Positions 27,011-40,400 of a DNA stretch of 64,000 nt are shown piece by piece (the first letter of the stretch is position 1; each line of letters opens with the position of its first letter). The position numbers and the translations under genes are program-made. Origin of the DNA: Sphaerodactylus townsendi (taxonomy: Eukaryota); contig NC_059437.1 of the NCBI RefSeq assembly GCF_021028975.2, positions 54,746,001-54,810,000 on the forward strand, written 5' to 3'. The notes beneath the pieces are model-generated. The model ran no database searches. It was given only the letters and a program-made list of their open reading frames with translations, and was not told where the DNA came from.

Positions 27011-27628
27011 AAACTTCTGTACTCTGGCACCAACATAAATGTACAGCAAGTTCAAAATATCTGACGATGTTACAAAAATGCAGAAGTGTCACTTAAAAAA
27101 AATTTGACCAGCATAAGTTATTTATAAAACTCTTCAAAAATGGTAAAGATAATTGCCAAGTAATCCCTGATTATTCCCATTCGATTGCCAGAATTTCTCG
27201 CTTATTTTAAAATGGGGGAAAGCATCTTTAAAAGTTTAGAACTTTTTTTTCAAAACCACTGGCAGTAAAGCTTATCTACAGGATGAGCCGCTTGACATGG
27301 AAAGCGCAGCCTTAATTTGTACAGCACAGACAAAAAAACCACAGTTGATGCTGAAGCTCACAAGTCCAAAGAAAGCATTAAGGTCAACAGATATTTGGGG
27401 CACATTTCCTGACACACCAGTGAATGCAACACTTGGTAACTCTTTCGTCTATAGGTGGAAACTTTTGTCTTCAGCGGAAGCCCTGTATGCTGGACTGTGA
27501 AAAACCGTTTACGGAAGAACAAAGCAATAGTGTTCTCAGGTGTCTGTAAGAAAATACAGAGGAGCTTCTCAAGTTAATGGACAGACTTGATTTCTTTCCT
27601 GTACAACTCTACTGCAACAGTAGGACAA

Positions 27629-28434
27629 TTAAGAGGAAGCCTTCTTGTTCTTCTGCTGGTTCCTGGGAGAGTTCTTTAACACGCTTCTTATTCGGAGGTA
27701 AACCCCAGTTGATTCAGCCATATTTTCAAATTCAAAAGGGGTTATCCCTGCAGCAAATTTGCTCATGTCGGGGACTGGGCTAGCATTTTTAGAAGATCCG
27801 TCAATACTGGTGACCATGGGGGAGCTGCCAGAATCCACCCCTTGGCTGACTTCACACACAGAGATGGAGGGGCAGCTCTCAGCTACGCCTTCTTCAGAAT
27901 CCGTTTGGTCAGGGGGTTCTTCTCCTGTTAAGTCAACCATTTCTTCAGTTGAACTCTGTTTTTCTTCAGGCTGTTCTGCTTTGGGTATATGGTCACTAAC
28001 ATCAGGAGATCCAGGATCTAATTCATCCAATGTCTTCCATTCTGCACTTTCTGGAAGGATATCTGAGTCAATTCTAAGTGGGGATGATGCAACGGAGTTT
28101 CCTGTTAAAGGGGTTCCTGTGGGGATTTCAGAGTCACTATTTGCACTATCTGCCTGCTCAAGGGCTGCCCAAATCAGGCGCTGCTGCTCCTCGAGCTCTT
28201 CCAGGGTCAATGTATCTTCATTCTCTATTGTCACTGAAGCAGAACTGTTGACAGTATTCAAAGTATCTTGGGGAAGAGGTGGTGGTGGCCGAGGAGGGGT
28301 AAAGTTGGGGGGAGTGCAGGGAGGGGTACCTCGGGGCAGAGGGGGAGGGGTTGCATTCAGTGGAGACCCAGGAGGCAGTGGAGGCTGGAACTGGAAGCTG
28401 CCATAACCTGGAGAACCCGGCAGCATTTCTAAAT
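27629..28434 (-). CDS. ZCCHC8: ZCCHC8 exon 14 (last coding exon)
   Basis: (D)LEMLPGSPGYGSFQFQPPLPP...KKASS* within ORF 27629..28489; acceptor CTCATTCCAG. Confidence 0.95.
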
Positions 28435-31400
28435 CTGGAATGAGAGAAAGGCACGTTTTAGTGACAGATTTATGCAATTTAAATGCCATCTTATAAAATG
28501 TAATTGAAGCACCTTAGAACCAAACTACCAACAGAATCAGTGGAATAAAAATAGATTACAACTACCAACAATCAATCTCAAACTGTTCACAACAGCAACA
28601 GATCTGGAGCATTTAAACCATCACAAACCAAATGCTGCAAGAAACAAAGGTCTTTCTGCATGCTGCAAACAAGGCAGAAACAGAGGGAAACATCTCCAAG
28701 GTACCAAATTGTATAACATCTGTATTGCTACTGAAAGGATCTTGCAGCTGTTCAAGATGGTAATCTAAGCAGGCCATAGTGGAGATCTTAGTGGAAAGGA
28801 AGGTCTGTATGGAAGCAGATGATTCCTTCTCAGTAACTTAAGATACGACCATATAAATGCCAAAATCTTGAATTGGGTCCGGAAACAAATCCATAACCAG
28901 GAAGTGTTCAGAGAAGTGGTGTTGTGTGTTTTCTGTTTATTACTGAAAATATATTTTAGAAAAATTTCTGGATCACTATTCCAATCTTCAAAAGCAAACA
29001 TCCAGCAGTGTTTAGGATTAACTGAAAATTCTGGACTGTCTTCAAAGACAAGGTCACAGAATGGATTATAGTAGTCTAATCCGGGTGACAGCAGCTACAA
29101 GCATGGGGCTTCCAGCAGATATATTTGGCAAATCAGCTGAGGATGACTGAAAAACACCTCTTGTGCTGTTGTGAGACTCTATAAGACTACTCAGCTGAGG
29201 ATGACTGAAAAACACCTCTTGTGCTGTTGTGAGACTCTATAAGACTACAAGTCTTGGATTATGGACACAATTACCAGATTCTGTGCAACATTAGAAGAGT
29301 CTAATGTAGCTTTGCATTAATTCAACACATTACATTTGCTATTTTTTATATCATCCATGTAATTTTTTCCTTGTAAACACTTTAGAACTGCATGCATTTT
29401 TGTGCTAGCCTTTTCCCATAATAAATCGTTCATTCATTCATTTGCAAAACTGGATCTGGAGTTCCCCTCCTAGATGAGCCTGACTCTTGAGGGATACAGA
29501 ATCCCATTCAAAACAGGAATTTCAGTGCACTACTGTCTTGATTCATTCCTCTTCTTCAAACAATGTTTGAGTTGAGTTTCAACAGGTGGGATTAGGCAAG
29601 GGCTCAGATAAAATGGACTGATTTTTTAAAATCTGATGGCCAAGTGAGCAAGATGAGCTTTTAGAATATTCTGTTCTATGAATTATATATTTGTATCAGA
29701 TTTTTGAAAAGGATATACCAGAATCTAACTCCATGTCAGCTGATGGCACGTCAGCATTGTTCCTCTTCTGCCTTTTTGGATTATGGGTGCTCTGGTTAGG
29801 CGAAGGTCTTTTACTGCTGGACTTTGAATTTCCCTGAGGAAGGATCAGAAAGCAGGATGAGAAATCAGAATATTCAGAAGTGCAATGTAAACAAAGCTCT
29901 ATGCATTCCTCATGGGTTTTGGCTGGGGAAAACCAAATCATGGTCCCCTGAGAGATATATTCTAGACACCTCCTCATCATTTCCATCTGTTTTAAATAAA
30001 ATACAACTTCTAGTCCTTTAACTTACATGTAACTAATATTCACTTCTACCTTTCAGCATTTTTGGCCAATTAGAGCAAAGGTATCAAGATGATTGACAGG
30101 CGCTGAAGTGCTTACTTTAACATGCAGTATTATACGAAATGCTTTTCACAATATAAAATGAAAACTTCAAATCTATTTTGGGAGCATATGATCTCCATAC
30201 CAGCCAAGAAGTTCACTGGGTACCTTTGGGCCAATTACTCTCACAACCTGAACTCTTTAGCTCACAGGAGTTATTTGCACCCCAGTTTTCTGCTCAATTA
30301 GGATCTTCAAGATGGCGAACAGGTAAAAAGACATTTCAAAACAAGCACGCACGCACGCACACACACATATATACATATTATACATATATATTTTCTTTTC
30401 TTCCCTCCTGCTCATTCACAGTGCTTGATGATACCCTAGAAAGCACTAAATGTCTGGAACTCAGTATACTTGCCTTTGGTATTACCCTATTTTCCCCAAA
30501 ATAAGACCTACACTGAAATTAAGCCCGAGCATGATTTTTTGGGATTTTTGGAGGATGCTTGAAATATAAGCCCTACTCCAAAAATAAGCCCTAGTTATAG
30601 ATTCTCCAGCGCAGCTGATCTGGTCACACGGGGTGTGCCCCCTCCCCCCCCTCCTTTGCTTGCTCCTTGGCCTTTTGCTCTCTATTTTATAATTTATTTT
30701 GTATATTCATTGTTATTTTAAGGAAGAGTCTGGCCGCTCCCTCCTTTTTGGGGCGGTTTAAGGGAATTGGGTTACAGGACGCCATCATCATTATTATTGT
30801 TACTGTTTTTGACCGCTGCTTAAATGGTTTTAATGGTTTTTAATGGATTTTAGTGTATTTGGTCACCATTGTGACCCTTGGTATTTATTGCATATATAGT
30901 GTTGTACACCGCCCAGAGCCCCTCGGGGATTGGGCGGTCTATAAATTCAAATAATAAATAAATAAATAAAAATCATGGAAAAAATAAGACATCCCCTGAA
31001 AATAAGTCCCAACGCGCCTTTTGGAGAAAAAATTAATATAAGACCCTGTCTTATTTTCGGGGAAACACGGTATTATTATTATTTACAGCCTCTCACACTG
31101 GGACAGGGCAGATTAAAAGTATGATAAAAATTCAGTCCATCACTAAGTGGATTACAAAATATAACAAAAATTGAATCTAACAGTGAAGACTCCTAATAAG
31201 ATAAAAACAATACAGCTGGGCTGGTAAGAACCAAGCACAACGCATGCAAACATACCTGCTTAAGGCAACTAGCCAATCTGTAATGTTCTAGTACTTTTAA
31301 GACTAATATGGAAAAACAACTTCTTAAGCTTATCTATGATTCAAATCAGAACCTCAAGAGTATGCACACTGGCACTCTTAGAGGATGCTTCTCAGCACTG

Positions 31401-34400
31401 GAATTCTTCTTACTTAAAGATGTATCTCTAGGAAGCAACGCAAGATCTTTTTATGCCAATTAGATTTGAGTGGCAAGACTGATGAAAACGGAATGCACGA
31501 GTGATCAGCATCCTGTTACCTGCCAGAGCTCTAACTTGGCTGTATTCATCTAAAGCAGGCAGGATAGGAAATGGAAGGAGGTTCCTCCAACTGCAGCGGA
31601 TATTTTTCAACCTAATATTATTAGCCTTATCTACTCGGGGCAGGTGGGAGGAATTACCTATGCTCCAGGACACCTTCCGCCACCCAAAGGAGAATAAGAT
31701 TATCAGAACTTATCAGAACTTCACATATCCTTCACATCTATGTATTCTGAACTCAAAACAACAGAATTTCATTGGGAGAGGGAACAAAAAACAGATTTCT
31801 ATTAACTGGAAATATCAACACACAAATTTGACTAGCATATTTAAATGGATTCACCGAACGATAGGTAGAAAGATAGTGGGCAAAGATATCTTTCTGCTGA
31901 GATGGTTGCATGGGTATAGAGCCAAACATCCTCCATTCCTGCAGCAAAAGAAACAAAGTGCTAATATTAGAAAATGGATGTATTAAAGAAGCTAAACTTA
32001 AATGTTTGACATGTCATACAGGGTTTTTTTTACACATATTCAGCACACCAAAACTGTAACAGGAAATCCAGAAAATAGTGTACAGAAGGGGGTGTGTAGG
32101 AGGAAATTTACTACAGGATCTTATATCACTTCTCTGGGTGCTTTTGCTAGCCTTTCCACCATTAGTTCATGAGTCCCAGACAAGCTTCACCTAACAAAAC
32201 CTTGGTAGACAGGACTATATTGTCTTTGGCAAAACTGGCAACCAGCTAGATTCTGCTGTCTGTTTCTTGCAGGTACATACAACACTAGCTGGACTATGTT
32301 CTGTTTTGCCTCCAAAACTGCAAATGTGCACAAGTTAGAGACATATAAAGTAATTTCAAACTAGTGTCTGCTGCTGAAAAGTATTAGAGGAAATAAATTT
32401 GTATTTAAACCGAATACCAGTTTTCTATACTAGAGCAGTAGGCCCAGCAAAATGCACAAGTTTACAAAAAGAAATGAATTTAAACTGAAACATAATTCCC
32501 AAATGTGGTACTATCTTTATCCCAGCTAGAAAAGCAGAGAACAAAACGCTGAATTTGTAGCTAACAGGGGGCTGGGATCCAAAGAATTCAAAAGCATAAG
32601 CAGCACTGTGTGTGTCGAGGGCAATTTTCCTCTTCCTTGAAGAGCATGCTGTTTTCACAAACTACCCTGGAAACTTCCCTCAGCTGCTCAAGGGCAGAAC
32701 ACGAGGCAAAGAAAACTGCAATGGCAAAGCACCCTTAGGTGTTTACAGCCAGACTGCTCTTTGAATCCTGGCTGATTTCACAGTTGCTCATCTCTTTGGT
32801 ACTCACATCTGTGACTCCGCTTGGTGAGGATATATTAAAACCTGGGTAGTTTACCAGCTTGGAGATATCATAAGAGACACAGCGATTCTGTTGGTAGGAT
32901 TCTTCCTCAGAAACTTCACCACCAGGAGATGCTATAACAAATAACCAATATTGTTAATGTAAAAGTATTTCATTCATACAACATCCAGTGCCTTGGACAG
33001 CTAAATCACATCAAAGGAAAAAAGCCTTATACAACTCCTCAAAGAAGAATGGACCTGTGCCTTACGTCCCACATATCTGCTTAATGCCAGGCATGGACAC
33101 CCAAGGAAGAAACATGGTGATGTTTCATGATGACGATGTAGCAATTAACAAAAGAACTTCCTGGGTGAAAGCACAGTGAAAGATGACAACTTCTACCATA
33201 GGCAAGAGAGTTGTGTCAAAATGCCTGCAGTAAAAGACCCATGGTCGGCAAAGAGCCTTCCTCATTAAAAACTATTCCAACATCTATTCATTGACACTTT
33301 GCTTTTCTGATGAATTTCATTGTGACAGGTTTAAAAAAATATTTCATTTTCAAGTCTCTATTTTTGATAGTAAATATGAAAAACTTACAACTGTAGCTTT
33401 ATCTCTTTTGTAACTAAACTAGAAATAGCTGCAAAACATGAATGCTATTTAATGGATGGAGGGCATGTGCCATCAGCCCATCCAGAAATTATTACTATAA
33501 ATAACAAAGAGAATTCCAGGAATTTGATAAAGAGGCTCAGCAGCCAGACACAAATAAGCATCATCCATGGATGCTGTTGTCAGTGTGGTGTAGTGGTAAG
33601 AATAACAGACTAAGATCTGGGAACCTCAGATTTGAATCTCTACTTTGCCATGGAAGCCTGTTGGATGACCTCGGGCCTGTCTATCATAGCTAGCCAAACC
33701 TACCTCTGGGGGTTGTTGTAGCAACAGAGAATCCACACTATTTTAAACTGCGGTCCTGCATGGTGCAACTTCTGCCGCAGCATGCATGACCACACTTAGA
33801 TCTTTACGTTGCACAGAGTATAATAGTGGAAGTTTGGATATTTTCACTACTGCAACAATATTCAGAGCTTATGCTCTTTATTCCAAACTCACAAAAGCTC
33901 TAGAAATTTGTCCTGGCTCTGGAGAAAAAAATTATAAGTTATGTACACTAAAGCATATTTCACCACTCATTTCACCTTTACCATCGTAGAGAGTTAGCCC
34001 AGATTTTTCCATTTCAGCCTCTTTGAGCCAACCTGGGGGGTAACCCAATTCCCGCATTCGATATATGAAGGGAGGAAGAGTTTTGTCTGTAACGCCAAGC
34101 GCATCCTGAAGTTCCTCACTACAATAAGGGGGAAAAGATCCTGTAAGAAATACGGAGACACAACACCACTATTGTGACACTGTGTCCTGAACTGCCAGCA
34201 TTTCAGGAAACACACAAAAGTCTGTACAATACTGTACACTGGGAATAACATGGCCACGATTGAAGGACTCACTGGAACTGCAACATATACTGGAAAACTG
34301 TGCCTATTTTGAGACACTTTCTAATTTGAGGGAAAGGGTGTGTAGACGGCGCTGAAATCTGCCTTCCCTCCTCAGGCTGTTCTTGGAAACTACTGATCAC

Positions 34401-37400
34401 AGTCAGAGGCATATGGGGGGGAATGGTGCCTGGGGCAACACCTGCTCTGGGTGCCCCTCCTGCCCCACTTACCGGGAGCCTGCTGTGGGCTGGGTCGAGG
34501 GGCGGCCTGCTGGGCGCCCCCATGTGATCCAGTGGGGGGCACCTGGGGTCAACTGACCCTCCATGTCCCTCTGGCAGATACGCCACTGCTCACAACAAAA
34601 GTTATTTTGATACAGAATTTACTTAGAAGATTTATTTACAGCTTTTCACCAATTAAAAAAACATGATGAGAATGTATCTAATTTATGTTTGCAAAATATG
34701 TTACCTTGTTTCATTAGGGAAGGAAACAGTATTAACCTATGGAAGACACAGAGTTTATGCAGTGGGAGAAACATTACCTAATTATTCCCGGTTTGAATCT
34801 TCCAAACCTTTCTTCGATTTCTTCGGCATGATACCGCTGCTGGAAGTTTTGGTTGCTGGCTTCCCCGCAAGCCTCCATGAACTGTTTCCTTTTTTCATTT
34901 ATACGGGCAGCATTTCGTGGCTGAAATATAGTTGAGGAAAAAAATAAAGGAAATACCAACTTCCAAGTCACCAACACAATTTTTGGGGATTTACCTGTGA
35001 CATGCACAAATTCATTCCGCAGCTATAGGGCTGTTAAGGCCTTTGAGGACAGATTTATTGGGGTCAAGCCCATCAGCTACCATGAGATGACTTGATTTCA
35101 TATGAGTTCCATGACCTGCCTAGGCCCAGCTGCTCACTACTGGTCAACAGAAACCATCCCATGAAAGCCAGTGTGGTGTGTAGTGGTTAGACTGTCAACT
35201 CAGGATCTGGGGGACCTGTTTGAGTCCCCATTCTGCCATGCCACCTTGCTGAGTGTCCTTAGGCCAGACACACACTCTCAGCCTAACATACCTCACAGGC
35301 TTGTTGTGAAGATAAAATGGGAAAGAATTATGTAAGCTTTGGGTCCACACTGTGAAGAAGGCAAAGTATAAATGTAGTTAAAAATGTATAAATATAGCTA
35401 CAGATGGGAGAGGGCAGATAAAATATATATTGCTGGGTGGGAAGGAAAAAAGGAAGGAGGGAAAGGTGAGGTTATGAGGGCTACCCTGCATATCCTTGTG
35501 GGCCCTCACTTATTGTATGTTATGATATAATACTTTTTTCCTGCACAATACGTGCATTCTGAGCCACTTCTAATATCCTACATTTGTTGGAGGGTTCTGT
35601 AATCCTAGTCCTGGTAAATTGTTTATTAAATGCCTCATCCTATTGATTTACACTGTGCAAATCTGCCTTGAGTCTCAGTGAGAAAGGTGCACTGTAAACA
35701 CAGTAAATAAGTAAAAATTACTGAGGTCCACATAATTTACAGAGGAATACATCACAAAGAGAAACACTGCTCTACCTCTCTCCACCAAAAGATCTAAATG
35801 TGGTCAGTAGTGCTGCAGCACAAGAGAGCGCAGCGTGCTTCCACAGTAGAAAATAGCCCCAAACAACTATGAGCATTATAACTTATTTTCAAGTGCAGCA
35901 TTTAGTGAAACACCTGTTCAAATGTACTGGAGAGGAACAAAAAGATGCAGAGAAAGGGCCAAAACTGCGGAAGGGACAGTGGGAGAGAAAGGCTCCTTCT
36001 ATATCATGTTTCAGATCCCCATCTATAATATCTTTTCCTGTTATACCGAATCATCTTTAAAGCTGATGCTTCCAAATTTATCCATATTTACTTGTAACTA
36101 CATATCAGCATGTTTTGGTAGACATAAACAACTCTTGTGACAAGGCGGTGTAATATTTTACCTGCGGACAGTCTTTCATTTGATGGTCTTCACATCCGCA
36201 GTTGAAGCAGTGAGGTTTTGGCCTGTTTTGTGAGAGTATCAACAAATTTACAAGGCAACTACAATGTAAACTTGTCAAATGTGTAATTACTGCGTAGAGA
36301 TTCAATGTCCTTTAAAAAAACTCAGTCCATGTTACCTAACTGTTCAAGCCCATGACAGAACATGACATGGCACGTGCAGTCCTGTGCAGAGTTATTCCAG
36401 TCCAAGCCCATTGAAACCGATGGGCTTACACAGGAGTAACTCCAGAAAGGCTTGCACAGGAAGTATACCGACATCCATACTGAAACTTCACCCTAGAGTG
36501 ACAGACTGATGCAGCTGCATGAGTTTGAAGTCTGGATGCAGGTAACAAAAGTATGCCTTTAATTTAAATGTATGTTCAACAGCAAACAAGAATAACATAA
36601 CGCTACACCTCAGCCCCCGTACACAGAACTCAACCAAAATAGGATACGAGATATGATTTTAAAAAACACCACCAAATGCAAAGATATAGCTGTTTGTATG
36701 ACATGATTTTTTGTGTGATGCTACAACAACCACCTTAAACAAACAAGATTGCCATCTAGAATTAGAAGAGAAAGATTTCCCCCCTCCCCTTAACTATTCA
36801 TTTACTTATTTAGGATAGTTCCAAGCTGTCCTCTTCAAGACAGCTTGCAATCGAAACATCACAATATTTTAAAAAATAAGCCATTAAGACATCAGTGACA
36901 TAAAAACCATCCACAAAATAAAAGCAGAAATTTCTTAGATAAGAAATCATTGTCAAGCTTCAACAGCACCAACATTTTGCTTTTCCAAAATATGTAAGAA
37001 GAACTTTAATAATTTATTTAGGATATTTGTATGCCACCTCTCTCAAGTCCTGCTCAAGGGCACTGACAATCAACCCTGGACATTTCTATCTGAAGACATA
37101 ATTCCATGCATCATTCCCTATCCCACCGATTTACACAATTTGAGGATTTTATTTTAATCCTCTTTTTTAAAACCAAATTAAGCTACTGGCTCAATCTACT
37201 TCACAGTATCCTTCTCAAACACTGATATACTTCTTTCCTGTGGCACATTCAGAAAACCATCCCACTAGCAGATATTTTTTTTCTGGCATTTCTGACTAAC
37301 AAACTGATTTTTGTGAGACAAGTCTAAGAAGACGAGAAAGACCAAGATGGCAATCTAAAGAGCTACTGCAGGGGAACCAAGCCCAATGACTTCCCAGTGC

Positions 37401-40400
37401 CCACTGGAATTTTTAGTTGTTTTCCTGCGAGAACATACTTCTCTCTCACACACACCATGCCATATCACAAAGTGCTTTAGAAACATCCCTACATTTAAAA
37501 AGAGCAAAGTTACAAGCACAATCCCATATCTCCTATTGTGCACAAGGAGCTAAAGCGTGTGGCTCTTAGGAACCTGGCCACATTCTTGGTTGCCCCATTA
37601 TGTTCAATGAAAACACTTTACATTATGAACATAACCCAATTTTCACTCTATCGTAAATTATTTACGAACCGCAATACAATTCAGATTTAAGATAAATACA
37701 AACCTTTTAGGCTTTACTTGTATCTCTTGTCCATCTAGAGACAGAATCTGTGTGAAAACTTGCTGGTATCTTAAGAGTTCAATAAGGAATTGCCATTGTA
37801 TGTAGCAGAATGGAATTTCTTTTCACACATTTGTAACTAGCTCAAACTTTATGCAGAATATAAACTCAAAATCAGTGTTAACAAGATGGTGAGATTCTGC
37901 TTGAAAATATTACTTTTGCCAGTCTTTAAACCAGGGATCCCCATCATGGTGTCCTTGGGTGCCTGCCAATACTTTTTCTGGAATCCACTAAGGTTTTTTT
38001 AGGAAGTGGGTGGGGCCAGTTGGGGATTTTTGCCCAGGAAGTGTTCTTATTGGCTGTACGGATTCTTTGAAATGGGGCACAAGTATCTCCACTGGATTCT
38101 TGAAGTTAAGGATCTCCGCCTCCTGAGCAGCCATTTTGTTGTCGGTTCACCATGCTGTGTCAGAATTCCAGATGTGCCTGCAGGCATAAAAGGGTTGGGG
38201 ACCCCTACTTGAAGATGACAAATATGTCATGTCACCAGCCTTATCCGACATCAAGCAGCATTTTTAAGTACTGCATGAAATCTACTGCTTCTGGTGGATG
38301 GATTTATCAGTAAAACAGTAGGCGCTGCATAATTTAGGGCTGCAGAGGTCGTCTAAAAATATACAGATTTAATCCCGCTCTGTTTTAGCACTGATGGCAT
38401 TAAGTAGCAGTATTAACACAAATTTGACTAAATAGGATACTTGGGTACTTCCCATCCGTCTGTGAGCTGAGGATTTTCATTTAATATAGGTTGCCCCAGT
38501 TTATCAAGACAAAAATTGGTAAAATAGAACACACTCCCTATAACCTGTAGAAAGAGTCAGAAAGCGTCAGTATTTTCTCAAATTGAAAGAACACACATTA
38601 AAAATATACTTTAATACTTCACAAATCTCTATTCTGATATAAGTACATTAAAAGAATTGTTCTCAAGTTTAACGGCTGGCAAGTATGGTCATGCACTCCC
38701 TGCATTATGCTAAGCCAATTATTAAGAGGCACGATCTTCCGAGAGTTAGATATAACAAACTGCTATAATTAAGGCATGGCTATTTTGAGAGCCAGTGTGG
38801 CGTAATGGTTAAGAGCAGGTGCACTCTAATCTGGAGAACGGGGTTCGATTGCCCGCTCTGCCACTTGAGCTGTGAAGGCTTATCTGGTGAACCAGATTAG
38901 CTTGTGCACTCCAACACATACCAGCTGGGTGATGTTGGGCTAGCTCTCTCAGCCCCACACACCTCACAGGGTGTTTGTTGTGGGGGGAGGGCGGGAGGGA
39001 AAGCAGATTGTAAGCCCCTTTGAGTCTCCTACAGGAGAGAAAGGGGGATATAAATCCAATTCTCCTTTCTTCTTCCAGATCTTTCTGACAATTTTCTAGT
39101 GCCACTGCAGAAATCTCTAAGACTCATAAATGTGCATCACAAAATAAAAAAGTAACTTACGCTAAAAGCTTCTTTTGTTCTTTTGGCTGGATTTGGGTTT
39201 GTCACTTTACAGTCCTCTTCCAGCACAAAACTGGAGGGCTAAGAAGAAAAAGAAGTCACAGCTTGCACAACTGAGATCGCACTTCTCAAGCAAGGAGGTT
39301 CGTGATTCTGCCTCATCTCCCTTGTTGCCCTAAGTGTTAAATCCCTCCCAGAACACCTACACGGTCCCAATGCTCTTTCTTCCCCTTCAAATCCCAGCTC
39401 AAAGTAGCAATGTCTCCCAACACTTATGTGAACAGGGAAGGCCCTTTTGTGCATGGGAGCTTTCTGTGCATACTAGAGAGCACATGAAGTTCTAAATGTG
39501 TTCTACCAAACTGAAAAGGATTACTGGATGATTTAAGGTGCTCCCAACAAGATGTGTGATTCTCCTAAATGACAAGGTGCTTTGAAGCAGCAATGCAGCT
39601 TTGTGCGTTGTTTTAACGAACAGAAATGCTGTCCCATGACAAGTTTACATATTACAATGGTCAATTTTGACAATCAATCAGACCAAAGGAAAAAAAAACT
39701 TTAAGAAGAAAGTGTGCATTTTTTAATATTTTAGGAAGACACAATATACTAGAATTAGTCTACTTAAAGTAACTTCACAAAACAAGACAAAACTGAAAAA
39801 CATATTTCAATCACCATGTTTACACATAAGTATAATATAAACATACCTGTGGCTTAACATTGAAGTATGTCTTGTCAACTTCAGCTCTCTGTTGTTCCTC
39901 ATATCTCTGAACTAAACTAGATACAAAATCCTCTATTTCTTGATGATATTGCCTGCACAAGAGATTATGGGAATAGATAAGACTATTTGTACACCCTACG
40001 TGAAATGACAAAATGTGCATCTCAGACCATTCTTGTCTACATTAATCACGCTGAGAACTTTATTTCATAGATTTCTTTTGTGGACCTTGAAGAAGAGTTT
40101 GTAAATCCAATGGTAGCATTACAGAAATTCTCCCTTCCATGTTGAACAGAATTCCTGTATTCCTGAGGTGGGGGGAGGAGCTCCTCCTAACTCTAAAATG
40201 ACGCCCACAAACCTGAAAAACTAGAGTGGATACAAATCAATGAAAAGTCAGACTTCTGAATTCAATCTGATTTGTGAAAAGAAAAAAGTGTAAGTCTGCA
40301 TGTCAGCATCTCAGATCTCTGTTAAATATGTCTTCAGTTCTCTTCAGTTCTCAAATTAGGAATATTAACCATTTTCAGTTCTCAGTTCTCAAATTAGGAA

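Noticed and set aside
27759-28406. 215-aa plus-strand ORF
   Set aside because: Antisense shadow of ZCCHC8 exon 14
29133-29248. CRISPR-like array or other prokaryotic system
   Set aside because: The window is intron-containing vertebrate DNA and the repeats have no unique spacers
29707-29718. ATATCCTTT embedded at +3 of the ZCCHC8 intron 13 donor (GTATATCCTTTT), suggesting a third U12 intron
   Set aside because: The 3' end has an ordinary pyrimidine tract plus CAG and no TCCTTAAC branch; the GT donor keeps the frame
38787-38865. tRNA gene
   Set aside because: The A/B boxes belong to a multi-copy SINE head; no complete cloverleaf
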